A stretch of 61,695 nt of DNA from positions 1 to 61,695 of IMG/VR virus record IMGVR_UViG_3300016722_000158. One strand, written 5' to 3'. The notes under the pieces are model-generated. The model was not told the origin of the DNA, searched no databases, and saw nothing but the letters and a program-made list of their open reading frames with translations. Both the position numbers and the translations under genes were made by a program. This DNA is from a virus. Lineage: Duplodnaviria > Caudoviricetes. Each line of letters opens with the position of its first letter. Within the stretch, counting starts at the first letter, position 1. Positions 8,859 to 19,102 of this stretch are shown here, piece by piece.

Positions 8859-9049
8859 CGATGAAACCTGGAGAATATTTTTATTCAATATGTGGTAAGA
8901 ATTTTGAGATTTACCAAGAAGAAGAGCCTGTTAACGGTGTTGGTGGCGCTCACAAAGTAGATGGGGAAAGAGTTTATTTCCCGAATGAGAGAGGGTTGGC
9001 GAAGAAACGTGTTTATGAATTAAATGGTTGGCCGTGGAAAGGAAAATAA
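8855..9049 (+). CDS. Hypothetical protein
   Basis: Overlaps both neighbours; AKKRVYELNGW C-terminus. Confidence 0.65.
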   Translation: MTMKPGEYFYSICGKNFEIYQEEEPVNGVGGAHKVDGERVYFPNERGLAKKRVYELNGWPWKGK

Positions 9050-10404
9050 CTCCATATTCCTATCAGGAAGCTGGAATCAAGAAAGGGCTAGAGCTTAAAA
9101 GATTCATAAATGGTGATGATATGGGGCTTGGAAAAACAATGCAAGCTTTAATTACTATCGAAACAGCAAAAGCAACGCCGGCATTAATCGTTTGCCCTTC
9201 TTCCTTGAAAATAAATTGGGAAAGGGAAACGATGAAGTTCACAAGTTTAAGGCCCCTCATTCTTACTGATTCGGTCAAGTCTACATTTCCTTATTTCATC
9301 GGCTCAATGAACATGTACGATGTGGTGATTTGCAACTACGAGAGCTTAAGAAAGTACTTTGTGGTTTCCGCACCGAAAGGATTTAAACTGAAGGATGTAA
9401 TTTTTCAATCGGTTATCAAACAGTTTAAATCTGTTATATTCGATGAAAGTCACAAGGTAAAGGATCCCAGTTCTCAGCAGACCAAATTTGCCAAAGGAAT
9501 AGCATCTGGTAAAGAATATATCATGATGCTCACCGGTACACCTGTCGTTAATTCTCCGGCCGACATTGCAACGCAAATAGCTATTCTTGGTAAGATTAAC
9601 GAATTTGGGGGATATGGACAGTTTATGCACGATTTTGGAGGTGGTGATAACCTGGGCCGACTTCAAGCACTTATCAAGGAAAAATGCTATTTTCGGAGAG
9701 AGAAAAAAGAAGTTTTCAAAGATATGCCCCCTCTGACACGAACGACGCTTGTATGTGAACTTGATCCGGTAAGTAGAGAAGAGTACGACACTTGTCGTGA
9801 GGATTTAAAGAGATATCTTCAGGAATATAAAGGGTGTTCGGATGCGGAGATAAAAAAGAAGATGCGGATGCAGGCATTAGTGAAGTTCATGAACCTGCGC
9901 CATATAACCGGAAGTGGAAAAGTAAATTCAGCTGTTGAATTCATTAAGAATGTCGGTAGGAACATTATAGTTTTTTGTTCTCATCATGATATAGTAGATA
10001 AATTGAAAGCTGTATTTCCTGATGCGGTTACAGTGACAGGGAGAAATTCGCAACAACAAAAACAATGGGCTATTGATTCTTTTCAATCAAAAAAAGCAAA
10101 CATAATTATCTGCTCTATTAAAGCAGCTGGAGTTGGGCTTACCCTTACCGCTTCTTCTTACGAACTTTTCATTGAGCAGCCCTGGACTTATGCTGATCTA
10201 AGCCAATGCGAGTGCCGAGCTTATCGGATCGGCCAAACAGAGGCTGTTAACTCTTATGTCGCTATCGGTGAAGATACAATTGATGATAATTTATATCAGC
10301 TTATCATGGATAAGAAGTCAATTGCTAGTCAGATAACAGGTAGCGATGATGAAGTTCCTACGGACGAAAGATACTTTAATGAACTAATGTCATGCTTAAC
10401 TTAA
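9028..10404 (+). CDS. SNF2-family helicase
   Basis: DDMGLGKT, DESH, LTGTP, AAGVGLTLT, RAYRIGQ. Confidence 0.92.
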   Translation: MAVERKITPYSYQEAGIKKGLELKRFINGDDMGLGKTMQALITIETAKATPALIVCPSSLKINWERETMKFTSLRPLILTDSVKSTFPYFIGSMNMYDVVICNYESLRKYFVVSAPKGFKLKDVIFQSVIKQFKSVIFDESHKVKDPSSQQTKFAKGIASGKEYIMMLTGTPVVNSPADIATQIAILGKINEFGGYGQFMHDFGGGDNLGRLQALIKEKCYFRREKKEVFKDMPPLTRTTLVCELDPVSREEYDTCREDLKRYLQEYKGCSDAEIKKKMRMQALVKFMNLRHITGSGKVNSAVEFIKNVGRNIIVFCSHHDIVDKLKAVFPDAVTVTGRNSQQQKQWAIDSFQSKKANIIICSIKAAGVGLTLTASSYELFIEQPWTYADLSQCECRAYRIGQTEAVNSYVAIGEDTIDDNLYQLIMDKKSIASQITGSDDEVPTDERYFNELMSCLT

Positions 10405-10553
10405 GCAAAACTGATACAAGTAAGCTCTTAAAGCTTCTAAACGATTGTTCTGTGATAATTCGTAAACGCTCTGTTACTACCAGGGAAATAGATAAAGCGA
10501 GGCAATTAAAGGTAATGATCAATAAGCTTACAAAGAATGATACCAAGAAGTAA
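10392..10553 (+). CDS. Hypothetical protein (53 aa, not in the ORF track)
   Basis: MLNLSKTDTSKLLKLL...REIDKARQLKVMINKL; overlaps the helicase end and fills the gap. Confidence 0.55.
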   Translation: MLNLSKTDTSKLLKLLNDCSVIIRKRSVTTREIDKARQLKVMINKLTKNDTKK

Positions 10554-10631
10554 TCCAAGATATTTCGATTCGGGAATAATATAAAAGTGAAATCAATAGA
10601 ATTAAGAACATTTTAATGAACAAAAAAGACA

Positions 10632-11063
10632 ATGGACAAATTTTTAGGTCAAAACCTGCCGGAAAAAGATAGGTGGGAATTTTTAAAGGACAATGCAGAT
10701 GCTGTGGAGCCAATCGGATACACTCATCGCTTTACACCTGAGGAGCTGGCACAGAAAAAAGAATCGCTAGCTGAAGTTTCAATCCAAATAAATGATATTG
10801 AGATTGAGAAAAAAGAAGTTGTTGAGGATTTTAAGGAACGATTAAAAGAACCTACAAAAACGAAATCGAAACTTCTTGATAACATTAAGAGAGGCTCTGA
10901 ATATGTTGAAAATGAAGAATGCGCTAAGATTCTCTATCATGAGGAAAAAATGGCTGCATTTTACAATTCATTAGGAGAGCTTGTCTATTCACGGCCTATT
11001 ATGCCACAGGAGATGCAAAAGACAATTTTTAATATTAATCGTAAAACTGGAACAGATGAGTGA
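10632..11063 (+). CDS. Conserved hypothetical phage protein
   Basis: 143-aa ORF with coiled coil, coupled to the next gene. Confidence 0.75.
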   Translation: MDKFLGQNLPEKDRWEFLKDNADAVEPIGYTHRFTPEELAQKKESLAEVSIQINDIEIEKKEVVEDFKERLKEPTKTKSKLLDNIKRGSEYVENEECAKILYHEEKMAAFYNSLGELVYSRPIMPQEMQKTIFNINRKTGTDE

Positions 11064-11793
11064 AAACAAATTGAACGTGGTGGTACCTAAAGATTATAAT
11101 GGTACACCGATTGAAGTTGTGTTAAGAGAGGGAGATGCCCCAATAACATTGGATCCTAAAGAACCTCAAAGAGTAACAATTGATGGAACTATCGATTCTC
11201 CTTTCAGATGGTTGGAAAAGCGTATTGACTGTATTATACAAAAGACGGCCAATATTTCTGTAGATAGGGATAACATGTATCTTAAGTTGGTTATTGACGA
11301 AACCAATTACTACCAAGCATGTATTGCCGGTATGCTTGCGCTTTCAAAAGAGATGAAAGAGTTCGGCATTAATACTGAAAGAGCTTGGGAGCCCAATAAA
11401 CTTTCTCAATTCATTAAGATGCACCGGGCATTCTTTACCGACAAATCACAGAATATGCAACTTGTGTCCATTTTGAGAAACTTCAAGGCTAAAGTCAATC
11501 AGGATATTGAAAGGAGTAAAGAGGAAAATGGTAGTAAGGTGGATAATTACTCTCAGGTAGTAGATAGTAATTTGCCAAAATCATTCAAACTCAATATCCC
11601 TTTATTCAAAGGTTTCCCTAATGAAGAGATTGAAGTTGAAATTTATGCTGATGTCGATGGGAGAGATGTTTCTCTTTCTCTCATTTCTGCCGGTGCCAAT
11701 GAAGCAATAGAAGAATACAAGAACAGAGTTATTAATGAACAGTTGGATAAAATCAAAGAGATTGCACCTGACATTGTAATTATTGAAGTATAG
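11056..11793 (+). CDS. Conserved hypothetical phage protein
   Basis: Start placed at MSENKL, overlapping the previous stop; 245 aa. Confidence 0.75.
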   Translation: MSENKLNVVVPKDYNGTPIEVVLREGDAPITLDPKEPQRVTIDGTIDSPFRWLEKRIDCIIQKTANISVDRDNMYLKLVIDETNYYQACIAGMLALSKEMKEFGINTERAWEPNKLSQFIKMHRAFFTDKSQNMQLVSILRNFKAKVNQDIERSKEENGSKVDNYSQVVDSNLPKSFKLNIPLFKGFPNEEIEVEIYADVDGRDVSLSLISAGANEAIEEYKNRVINEQLDKIKEIAPDIVIIEV

Positions 11794-11816
11794 GCTTCTA
11801 GTTCATTGTTATGTAT

Positions 11817-11850
11817 GAAGGTGGGCCGAACTGCTCACCTTCTTTATTTT
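11817..11850 (+). terminator. Intrinsic terminator
   Basis: GAAGGTGGGC-cgaact-GCTCACCTTC followed by TTTATTTT. Confidence 0.75.
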
Positions 11851-11862
11851 AAATCATAAAAT

Positions 11863-12264
11863 ATGAAATATGATGAAATGCTAAAAAGCCAAACAATCTC
11901 TCGAAAGAAACCATCTGATGATGAACATCGGCTGCAATGTGCTTGTGTACGCTGGTTTCGGTTTGCCTATCCAAAGTTGAAGTATGTCTTATTTGCTGTC
12001 CCAAACGGTGGTAGACGTGATGACATAACAGGGGCAAAACTGAAAGAAGAGGGCGCAACGGCGGGCGTTTCCGATTTGATACTTCTACGTAGTAACCGGC
12101 ATTACGGCGCTTTGTGTGTGGAGATGAAAACACAGAAAGGAAAGCAATCTGATACGCAGAAGAAATGGCAAGCCGAAATAGAGCGGATGGGGAGCAAGTA
12201 TATTATTTGTCGGTCATTCGATGATTTTCAAAGAGAAGTAGTTGAATATTTAAAAGACGTGTAA
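11863..12264 (+). CDS. VRR-NUC domain nuclease
   Basis: EHRLQ, FAVPNGG, AGVSDL, VEMKT, QSDTQKKWQ. Confidence 0.9.
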   Translation: MKYDEMLKSQTISRKKPSDDEHRLQCACVRWFRFAYPKLKYVLFAVPNGGRRDDITGAKLKEEGATAGVSDLILLRSNRHYGALCVEMKTQKGKQSDTQKKWQAEIERMGSKYIICRSFDDFQREVVEYLKDV

Positions 12265-12265
12265 C

Positions 12266-13246
12266 ATGGGTAGAAATCGAAAAATAGGTTTGGACTATTT
12301 CCCATTTGATATCTGCTTTTTTCAGGATTTGAAAATTAGAAAATTAATCAAGTACCAGGGTGGTAAAGCTATAACAGTATATGCTCTCCTGCTATGTAAT
12401 ATCTACAAAGAAGGGTATTACATGAGGTGGGATGAAGAGTTGCCTTTCATAGTATCGGAACAAACGGGCTATGAAGAGGTTTATATACGCGAGGTGATTA
12501 AATGCTGCTTGGTAATAGGGTTATTTTCTAAAGAGCTTTTCGACTCGGATAAAGTCTTGACGTCAAAGGGAATTCAAGAACGTTATAAAGAGATCTGTTC
12601 CTTATCAAGAAGAGTCATAAACTTTTCATGCTACTCTCTTATTTGTTCAGAGAAAAAAAGCGTTTCTTCCGAACAAAAGCCTATTTCTTCGGAAGAAAAA
12701 GGGATAACTTCCGAAGAAATGCCTATAAACTCCGTGAAAAGTACACAAAGTAAAGGAAAGAAAAGTAAAATACCTCCTCTTTCTCCTCCTGACGTCGTCG
12801 AGAAGTCGGAAGATGAGGAGGCTCAAAAAGAATCTTCTTTAGGGGAAAAATTAACGCTTTACTGCAAAAAGTACGGTGCTAACAATGACGACATAAAAGA
12901 ACTTAGAAGACTTTCCAATGAAGGGGAATCCGGTTCTCGCATTTGGGAGTTGTTTTCTTGGATGGATTCTCATTCCGGTTATTCCATTGTCGATGTTATA
13001 AAACAAATGCAGGACTTGGAGAAACAAGGAAAGATTATTTGCAAAAGCAAAGTTCTATTTCGCATAAAAGAAGACTTAAAGCCACTAGTGAGAACTGATG
13101 AATATGTCGCGATCATGCAATGGAAGAACAATCCTGATTTTGGAGATACACTCAGAAAGCTGATTGATGACGTTTATAAGTCCAAAGGCCGAATAACCAT
13201 GCCGGGAACATATATTTTGAAACGATTAAAAAGCTGCTTGAAATGA
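12266..13246 (+). CDS. DUF4373 domain replication initiator-like protein
   Basis: GLDYFPFD, IYKEGYY, LTSKGIQERY; low-complexity SSEE repeat linker. Confidence 0.82.
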   Translation: MGRNRKIGLDYFPFDICFFQDLKIRKLIKYQGGKAITVYALLLCNIYKEGYYMRWDEELPFIVSEQTGYEEVYIREVIKCCLVIGLFSKELFDSDKVLTSKGIQERYKEICSLSRRVINFSCYSLICSEKKSVSSEQKPISSEEKGITSEEMPINSVKSTQSKGKKSKIPPLSPPDVVEKSEDEEAQKESSLGEKLTLYCKKYGANNDDIKELRRLSNEGESGSRIWELFSWMDSHSGYSIVDVIKQMQDLEKQGKIICKSKVLFRIKEDLKPLVRTDEYVAIMQWKNNPDFGDTLRKLIDDVYKSKGRITMPGTYILKRLKSCLK

Positions 13247-13380
13247 AAGAAATTAATAAAAACATCTGTATGAATTGCAAATTCTTCATCAAGACTATTG
13301 ATGGAGAGGCATTCTATCTCTGCTCTTTACCGAACATGTTTAAAAACGAATGTCCACAGAATGGAAAACCTAAAAAGTGA
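13243..13380 (+). CDS. Small Cys-rich protein (45 aa, not in the ORF track)
   Basis: ATGA overlap with the previous gene; CMNCKFF...C...ECP. Confidence 0.5.
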   Translation: MKEINKNICMNCKFFIKTIDGEAFYLCSLPNMFKNECPQNGKPKK

Positions 13381-13387
13381 TGTAATT

Positions 13388-13708
13388 ATGAAACCGAAGA
13401 AAGAACTTTTAGAAAGAATGAGGGAAGATGGGATAGACAAAAGAATTAATACTTTACTTTCCGCTGTGCATATTCTTCATTGTGAAGCTTCAAATCTGTT
13501 TGGAGAGACAGAAGACTTGCTATTAAAATATGGTTGCTTGGTAGGCGAATTGAAAAGGGAGCATTCGGCTATGGTCAAGGCAATGGATAAATACTTCAAC
13601 GATTTTACGTCGATGATTGATAGCAAACAACGCGGAAAAGATTTATTCGAGGATCTAGATAATTTTGATAAGGCATTTAGAAAATGGGCAAAGCTATTGG
13701 AGGAATAA
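13388..13708 (+). CDS. Hypothetical protein
   Basis: Start placed at MKPKKELL; helical, 106 aa. Confidence 0.7.
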   Translation: MKPKKELLERMREDGIDKRINTLLSAVHILHCEASNLFGETEDLLLKYGCLVGELKREHSAMVKAMDKYFNDFTSMIDSKQRGKDLFEDLDNFDKAFRKWAKLLEE

Positions 13709-13710
13709 AC

Positions 13711-13908
13711 ATGGAAAAAAGTAATAATAAAGAGACTTCTAAGGGTGTTTATCACATAACAAAAGTAACACTGATATGGGAGCGCAAACGTGAACGCATA
13801 AAGGATGATATTTATACGTCTGATCTAGAATCACAGCGTAATACTTTCATTAAAAATTATGCATGTAAAGATGTTCATTTCGATTATGAAGAAACTAAGC
13901 TCCTTTGA
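13711..13908 (+). CDS. Hypothetical protein
   Basis: ATG 2 nt after the previous stop; 65 aa. Confidence 0.6.
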   Translation: MEKSNNKETSKGVYHITKVTLIWERKRERIKDDIYTSDLESQRNTFIKNYACKDVHFDYEETKLL

Positions 13909-13992
13909 CCGCTACCTTTCTGAAGGTTACGATAATATTTGTGATTATAATACTTACAAGTATTATTTGAAGTTACGGAGAAGAAATCTATT

Positions 13993-14553
13993 TTATTTAA
14001 ATCCTATTGGTTTACGAGGCTTGTTTTGTAGTTTCTTTTGAGTTTGCAATTCGGCCAATGTCTGATTAATCAACTCCAATTGCATTCGGGTATCTTCGTT
14101 AATGTCATTATAATCTACAAATACTTCTTCGATATAGGTTTTGAGTTCTTTCAACTCACTTTGTAATTCAGCGATCCTATCAATCGGAGGGTTGGCAACA
14201 AGTTGACGGACGGCGACAAAAGCACGCATAATTCCCATGTTTATTTGTATGGCTATCTGAGAATTGAGGACACTGCTAAGCATCGCTACACCTAGTTCAG
14301 TAAAAGCGTAAGGGTTACGTCTTATACCCATTTTTATAGAATTGGACATCACAAATTGTGATTTCCAATTTTGAGTTTCTTCGTTAGTCAATTGGAACAT
14401 GAAATCATTTGGAAAACGCTCTAAGTTACGTTTTACGGCTTGATTTAAAACTCTAGTTTCAACGCCATACATTTCTGCCAAATCGCGGTCAATCATCACT
14501 TTCTGGCCACGTATCTCGTATATTTTACTCTGAATTAACTGTAATTGATCCAT
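13993..14553 (-). CDS. ORF6N (KilA-N-like) DNA-binding protein
   Basis: IYEIRGQKVMIDRDLAEMYGVET..NQAVKRN.ERFP.DFMFQL, FTELGVAMLSSVL, RKPIGF; TATATTTG just upstream. Confidence 0.9.
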   Translation of the reverse strand: MDQLQLIQSKIYEIRGQKVMIDRDLAEMYGVETRVLNQAVKRNLERFPNDFMFQLTNEETQNWKSQFVMSNSIKMGIRRNPYAFTELGVAMLSSVLNSQIAIQINMGIMRAFVAVRQLVANPPIDRIAELQSELKELKTYIEEVFVDYNDINEDTRMQLELINQTLAELQTQKKLQNKPRKPIGFK

Positions 14554-14660
14554 ATCGATTTTGATTTGATAGTGCAAATATAGTAAATTACCATGTATAA
14601 ATAATGTCGTAATAGACCAAATCTTGTTGACAATTGAAGCAAAAGGCATATTTGAAAGGT

Positions 14661-14706
14661 ATTGTTATTCTAGCTACTACGGCATTATAAATTACTCTTA
14701 TTTTAG
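14661..14706 (+). promoter_or_regulatory. Putative late promoter, copy 1
   Basis: ATTGTTATTCTAGCTACT with TATTTTAG ending 28 nt later. Confidence 0.55.
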
Positions 14707-14714
14707 CAACAAAA

Positions 14715-17384
14715 ATGCAAAAAGTTAATATTCAATTCGGTGGGATCACCCGAAATACCGATGATGAAATGTGCCGGGATGGTGAGTGTATGGAGCTCAT
14801 CAACATGAGACTTAAGGACGGTTCCCTACAACCGGTTGGAAATCCTATTTTAAAGGCTAGCTTATCTGATAGATACAAGACTGCATATTATCACAGCCTT
14901 GCAGACAAATATCTAATGATAAAAGATACCGATGAAAGTGTGGATGTATACGATAATAGCTTCAAATTTATATCAACTCTTTCACCGGATATCAAGGATG
15001 TTAAGCGTCTTGAGTTTATTGGTAATATTGTTTGTGTGGTAAAGGAAGGTATTATTGAATACTGTCTTCATATTGGTGGCGTTTATAAGTATATCGGTAG
15101 CAAACCTCCTGTTCCTAGATTAATGATAGGGCAGAAGACTAAAACTGAAATGGTAGTTACGGAAAGCGAATACTATTATCAGCTAAAGGGCGAAGATTCA
15201 GATTTAGATATTCATAATATCGGATATAGCTTTTTTAATGAGTGTATTAGTCTATTGGAGAAAAACGGCTATTTTGTAGATATAACACTTATAAAATTCG
15301 GGCTTAGGATGTTTGATGGCAATTATATCTATATTTCTCCTGCATTTATGGCTTGGAATAAAGGTTCGGAAAATGTAACTTTTAAATTTGGAGATATATA
15401 TAGTGCAAATCTGGATTATTTTCAATCGGTAAATATGTCAATCGGTAAAATGGTGTTCAAGCCAAAGTCATCAGCAGATTCAAAAAGCATTTACGAGTTT
15501 GCGGTAATGGGATTTATGCCGACACTTAGTTTTTCTAACTTGAATTTAGAAAGCTGGAAGGATCTGATTATTGGTATTGATGTTTTTGCATCAAGAAGTA
15601 TAATGTGCAATGAACTAAAAGATAATATAGAGTATACCAATTATAGGGGAAATGATATAATATCAGGTACCGGATTAAAATACCATCAATATCAAGAGAA
15701 AAAAGACAAACTAATTAAGGATATTCAAGAGGAGCATCAATTTTATAAGATTGCCGAATATGATATAAATGGGAATTTAATTAATAGGATTGATGATGTT
15801 AGGAATGATTCTATTTCTTTGGAGCAAATGCTTGATGAAGACTCGTATTCGACCCTTGACATTTCTGCAGACTACAGTTACGTTTATAATTCAAGACTTC
15901 ATCTAGGAAGTATTAAGAATCTTTACTCAAAAGGGTGGGGGAGTAACTACCTCTCTCCGCTTGGTGCATCAACTACAACATATGCAGGTTCTGTGTCGAC
16001 ATATATCAATACGGATAAGGGATTAGTTATTGTTAAGCAGCTAGTACCGGATATTCCAAATATGATTACTCCCCTATTGTCATATCCTGATAATAGGGCT
16101 TATAAAATGACTATTTGTGTAAATGGTAAGAGGAAAGATTTTGCCTTATCAAAGCATAAGTATTTGAATATTGCCGTGTTTTTAAATACTACAACTATTA
16201 CTATCACCGGGGGGCGCAACGAGGAGCAGTATTCTTATCCTGACCTTAGCGAAGATGATATATCAAAATGGGGAAGTGGCGTGGATGATATTGTAGAACA
16301 AAATACTATTTTGTATCGTCAAAATGTAATTAAGGTCTCTGAGCTTAACAACCCTTTTATATTTCCGTCTAAAACGACATATCAACCTTCAACGCAACCT
16401 GTTGTTGGAATGTGTTCAAATACCACGGCGTTAAGCCAGGGGCAGTTTGGCGAGCATCCGTTATTTGTCTTTTGTGAAGATGGTATTTATGCGATGACAG
16501 TGGGTACGGATGTCGTTTATGCTACTTCTAGGCCAATGAGCCGGCATGTTTGTACAAGTGGAAAGTCCATAAAAGGATTGGATCAGGTGGTCGCGTTTGC
16601 TACGATACAAGGTTTAATGGTTGTGAGCGGGTCTGACGTTGAATGTATCTCAACGGGAATAAATGGTTTTCTTCCTTCATGCTCAGATTCTTCGCCTATT
16701 ATAAAGAAGATACTTGATGTCGCTAAATTTGGTGCTTGTATTTCGGCTGCCGAGTTCAAGGATTATATTGTCGGTGCCGAAATAGGGTATAATTCAAAAG
16801 AAAGAGAGGTGATCGTTTCCAATTGTTTTTATCCATACAGTTATGTTTATTCCCTCACTTCGCAATCATGGTTCAAGATCCCTATCAGTATCAGATCATT
16901 TGTAAATACCTATCCCGATATTTTGGCTCTTTCAGAAGTAACAAACAACGGAATAACTACGACCAATGTCTATGACATGGACAACTCGCATCGGAGTGTT
17001 TCCACGGTGGCATTGGTGACGAGACCTATTAAGATGGGAACAATGACATTGAAAAGAATTGTTCAAAGTGCTTTAAGGGCTATTGTTAAACGGTCGCTTT
17101 CTGATTTGTATTTAAGGGGGGAATCGGTCAAATTGCGAGGCGAGGACTTGACCATTTTTTCAGATGTCGGCTTTTACATTTTAGGTTCAAATGATGCCGA
17201 ACATTTCAATTTAATTGCCGGTAAAGAAAAGATGGTTGATATAAGGGACCTTATTACCAAGATGAATAAATCAAAACCTTATAAGTTTTTTATGGTTTGT
17301 TTAATTGGTGGCGTCCGGACGGATGTTGCTATAAATTATATAGAGTGCATGGTAGACGAGTCGTTTACAAATAGGCTAAGATAA
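14715..17384 (+). CDS. Tail stabilisation/nozzle-like virion protein (889 aa)
   Basis: FGGI..DGEC.ELIN N-terminus; VSELNNPFIFP and ALSQGQFGEHPLFVF beta-propeller-like motifs. Confidence 0.6.
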   Translation: MQKVNIQFGGITRNTDDEMCRDGECMELINMRLKDGSLQPVGNPILKASLSDRYKTAYYHSLADKYLMIKDTDESVDVYDNSFKFISTLSPDIKDVKRLEFIGNIVCVVKEGIIEYCLHIGGVYKYIGSKPPVPRLMIGQKTKTEMVVTESEYYYQLKGEDSDLDIHNIGYSFFNECISLLEKNGYFVDITLIKFGLRMFDGNYIYISPAFMAWNKGSENVTFKFGDIYSANLDYFQSVNMSIGKMVFKPKSSADSKSIYEFAVMGFMPTLSFSNLNLESWKDLIIGIDVFASRSIMCNELKDNIEYTNYRGNDIISGTGLKYHQYQEKKDKLIKDIQEEHQFYKIAEYDINGNLINRIDDVRNDSISLEQMLDEDSYSTLDISADYSYVYNSRLHLGSIKNLYSKGWGSNYLSPLGASTTTYAGSVSTYINTDKGLVIVKQLVPDIPNMITPLLSYPDNRAYKMTICVNGKRKDFALSKHKYLNIAVFLNTTTITITGGRNEEQYSYPDLSEDDISKWGSGVDDIVEQNTILYRQNVIKVSELNNPFIFPSKTTYQPSTQPVVGMCSNTTALSQGQFGEHPLFVFCEDGIYAMTVGTDVVYATSRPMSRHVCTSGKSIKGLDQVVAFATIQGLMVVSGSDVECISTGINGFLPSCSDSSPIIKKILDVAKFGACISAAEFKDYIVGAEIGYNSKEREVIVSNCFYPYSYVYSLTSQSWFKIPISIRSFVNTYPDILALSEVTNNGITTTNVYDMDNSHRSVSTVALVTRPIKMGTMTLKRIVQSALRAIVKRSLSDLYLRGESVKLRGEDLTIFSDVGFYILGSNDAEHFNLIAGKEKMVDIRDLITKMNKSKPYKFFMVCLIGGVRTDVAINYIECMVDESFTNRLR

Positions 17385-17388
17385 AAAG

Positions 17389-17407
17389 AGGGGAGAAGTT
17401 CTCCCCT
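17389..17407. terminator. Hairpin between convergent genes
   Basis: AGGGGAGAA-g-TTCTCCCCT inverted repeat with an A run on the left. Confidence 0.6.
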
Positions 17408-17894
17408 AAATTCCTCCTAAGTCGGTCGCTCTTCGCCTGATGTGCCCGGATGCAAGAGAAATATAATTGATGATTCTCCCTTTGCAGTTTTCTGATTCTT
17501 CTAATTGAGGGCCGGCGATATTTGAGTTATAGTTATTGAGCCATTTATATAACACATAAGCGACTAAATAATCTTCGATAGCTAACTTTATTGATTTCGC
17601 ATTCTCTTCGGCCCTGTTTTTCGGCATGTATGGGGTTATCGTATAAGTCGCTATATCATTACTTGTATCTAATGTCGCAACCATATCTCTTGATCTTGTA
17701 GATATAATGTTTTTAGCGTTGTCTAATGCCGTATTTAGATATATTCTCAGTTCATCATAGTTATCTGTAGAGGAAGCGACTATATCTAAATCGATGTCTT
17801 TTCTCTTGGCATATTCAATAATGTAATATGCTCTGAGGTTAACCTTTTCAAGTATTTGTAAAAGGTTTATTTCGAAGCTGAGAATATTTGTCAT
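17406..17894 (-). CDS. Putative neck/ring protein, paralog 3
   Basis: Shares residue pattern with the two neighbouring ORFs; same operon. Confidence 0.55.
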   Translation of the reverse strand: MTNILSFEINLLQILEKVNLRAYYIIEYAKRKDIDLDIVASSTDNYDELRIYLNTALDNAKNIISTRSRDMVATLDTSNDIATYTITPYMPKNRAEENAKSIKLAIEDYLVAYVLYKWLNNYNSNIAGPQLEESENCKGRIINYISLASGHIRRRATDLGGI

Positions 17895-18367
17895 GATAAT
17901 GAAGGCTTACTTCTATGGGAAGAAATGATTCTTATATCGTTGCTTATTGAGGCAATTTTATCAAAGAACCATTTGGCTTCGTCCGGTTTATTGGTGGCCA
18001 TCCAATCCATAAGACAAGTATTCTCTATATAATCTTGCATGAGAACAGTCAAGGCTCCTTTTTGTGAATCCATAAAATTGGCGACAGCATTACTGGTAAA
18101 AATAAACTTTAATGGGTCTGCGCTTGTCAACACGTAACTAGAATCACCCATCGTTTTTGTAAGTAGATTACATAATTTTGAAGCTGCCGATTTAATGAAT
18201 TTGATAAGAATATCATCGTTGTCATCAGATGCTTGTAACCTAGATGCCGTTTCTAACATTCCTTGTTGGTCCTTTCTGGCTTCTCCTACATAATAGGAAT
18301 TGTTTTTCACTCCCTTCATTATATCATTCTGTAGGATTTCAATCGTTATTTTTTTGCTTCCTTCCAT
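17891..18367 (-). CDS. Putative neck/ring protein, paralog 2
   Basis: Same pattern; 4-nt overlap with paralog 3. Confidence 0.55.
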   Translation of the reverse strand: MEGSKKITIEILQNDIMKGVKNNSYYVGEARKDQQGMLETASRLQASDDNDDILIKFIKSAASKLCNLLTKTMGDSSYVLTSADPLKFIFTSNAVANFMDSQKGALTVLMQDYIENTCLMDWMATNKPDEAKWFFDKIASISNDIRIISSHRSKPSLS

Positions 18368-18369
18368 GA

Positions 18370-18789
18370 TTATGGCTTATTACGTTCGGATAAATTTTGT
18401 CTGATTTTAAGAACGATGCTTTCTAGTGTATCGCTATAGGACTTAATGGTTTCTTGCTTTGTCATGACAGACCATTTATAACAAATATAGTTTATTATGT
18501 ATTGGGTTAAGTTTTTGGATAGAGATGTTTGTACATTGATATTCCAGTTTGCCGGCATATTAAAAGTTATGACAATGGCCGTATCGTCTTCCGATTTTAA
18601 AAAACTCTTTCTGGAAATTATATCAGATAGATTAGTGATGGCTTCATCCATATATAGAGAAAGGATATTCTTATCATCTTCTGTTGTAGATAGGTTATCT
18701 ATATCTTTTCCAATTTTTCCGCTATACCCGGTTATTTGGTATACTGCAGGGAAAATATTCTCTTTTAATATGCTTATATCTATATTCAT
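18370..18789 (-). CDS. Putative neck/ring protein, paralog 1
   Basis: First gene after late-promoter copy 2. Confidence 0.55.
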   Translation of the reverse strand: MNIDISILKENIFPAVYQITGYSGKIGKDIDNLSTTEDDKNILSLYMDEAITNLSDIISRKSFLKSEDDTAIVITFNMPANWNINVQTSLSKNLTQYIINYICYKWSVMTKQETIKSYSDTLESIVLKIRQNLSERNKP

Positions 18790-18794
18790 ATTCG

Positions 18795-18840
18795 CAAAAG
18801 TAAATCACTTAGGGATATTTACTGTTGCTGAAATGACTAT
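18795..18840 (-). promoter_or_regulatory. Putative late promoter, copy 2
   Basis: ATAGTCATTTCAGCAACA with TACTTTTG ending 28 nt later. Confidence 0.7.
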
Positions 18841-19102
18841 TTAAACATCTTATATTGTCGAATATATAAATACAAAGCCGTATATAATGATAAAAAGGAG
18901 TAGTCGAAATATTGTATTAGATTATCCATGAAAAGCTGCTGATAAAATGCATTAGGATTACAAGTTTCAATAATAACTGTAGCTCTTATATTAGATTACT
19001 AGAGATAAAAGGAGTAAAAATCCATATATTTATGAACTTACTATAGAAGTTGAAATGTCTTGAGGTTACAATAATATTGATTGATATATTCTGAAAAATA
19101 TT

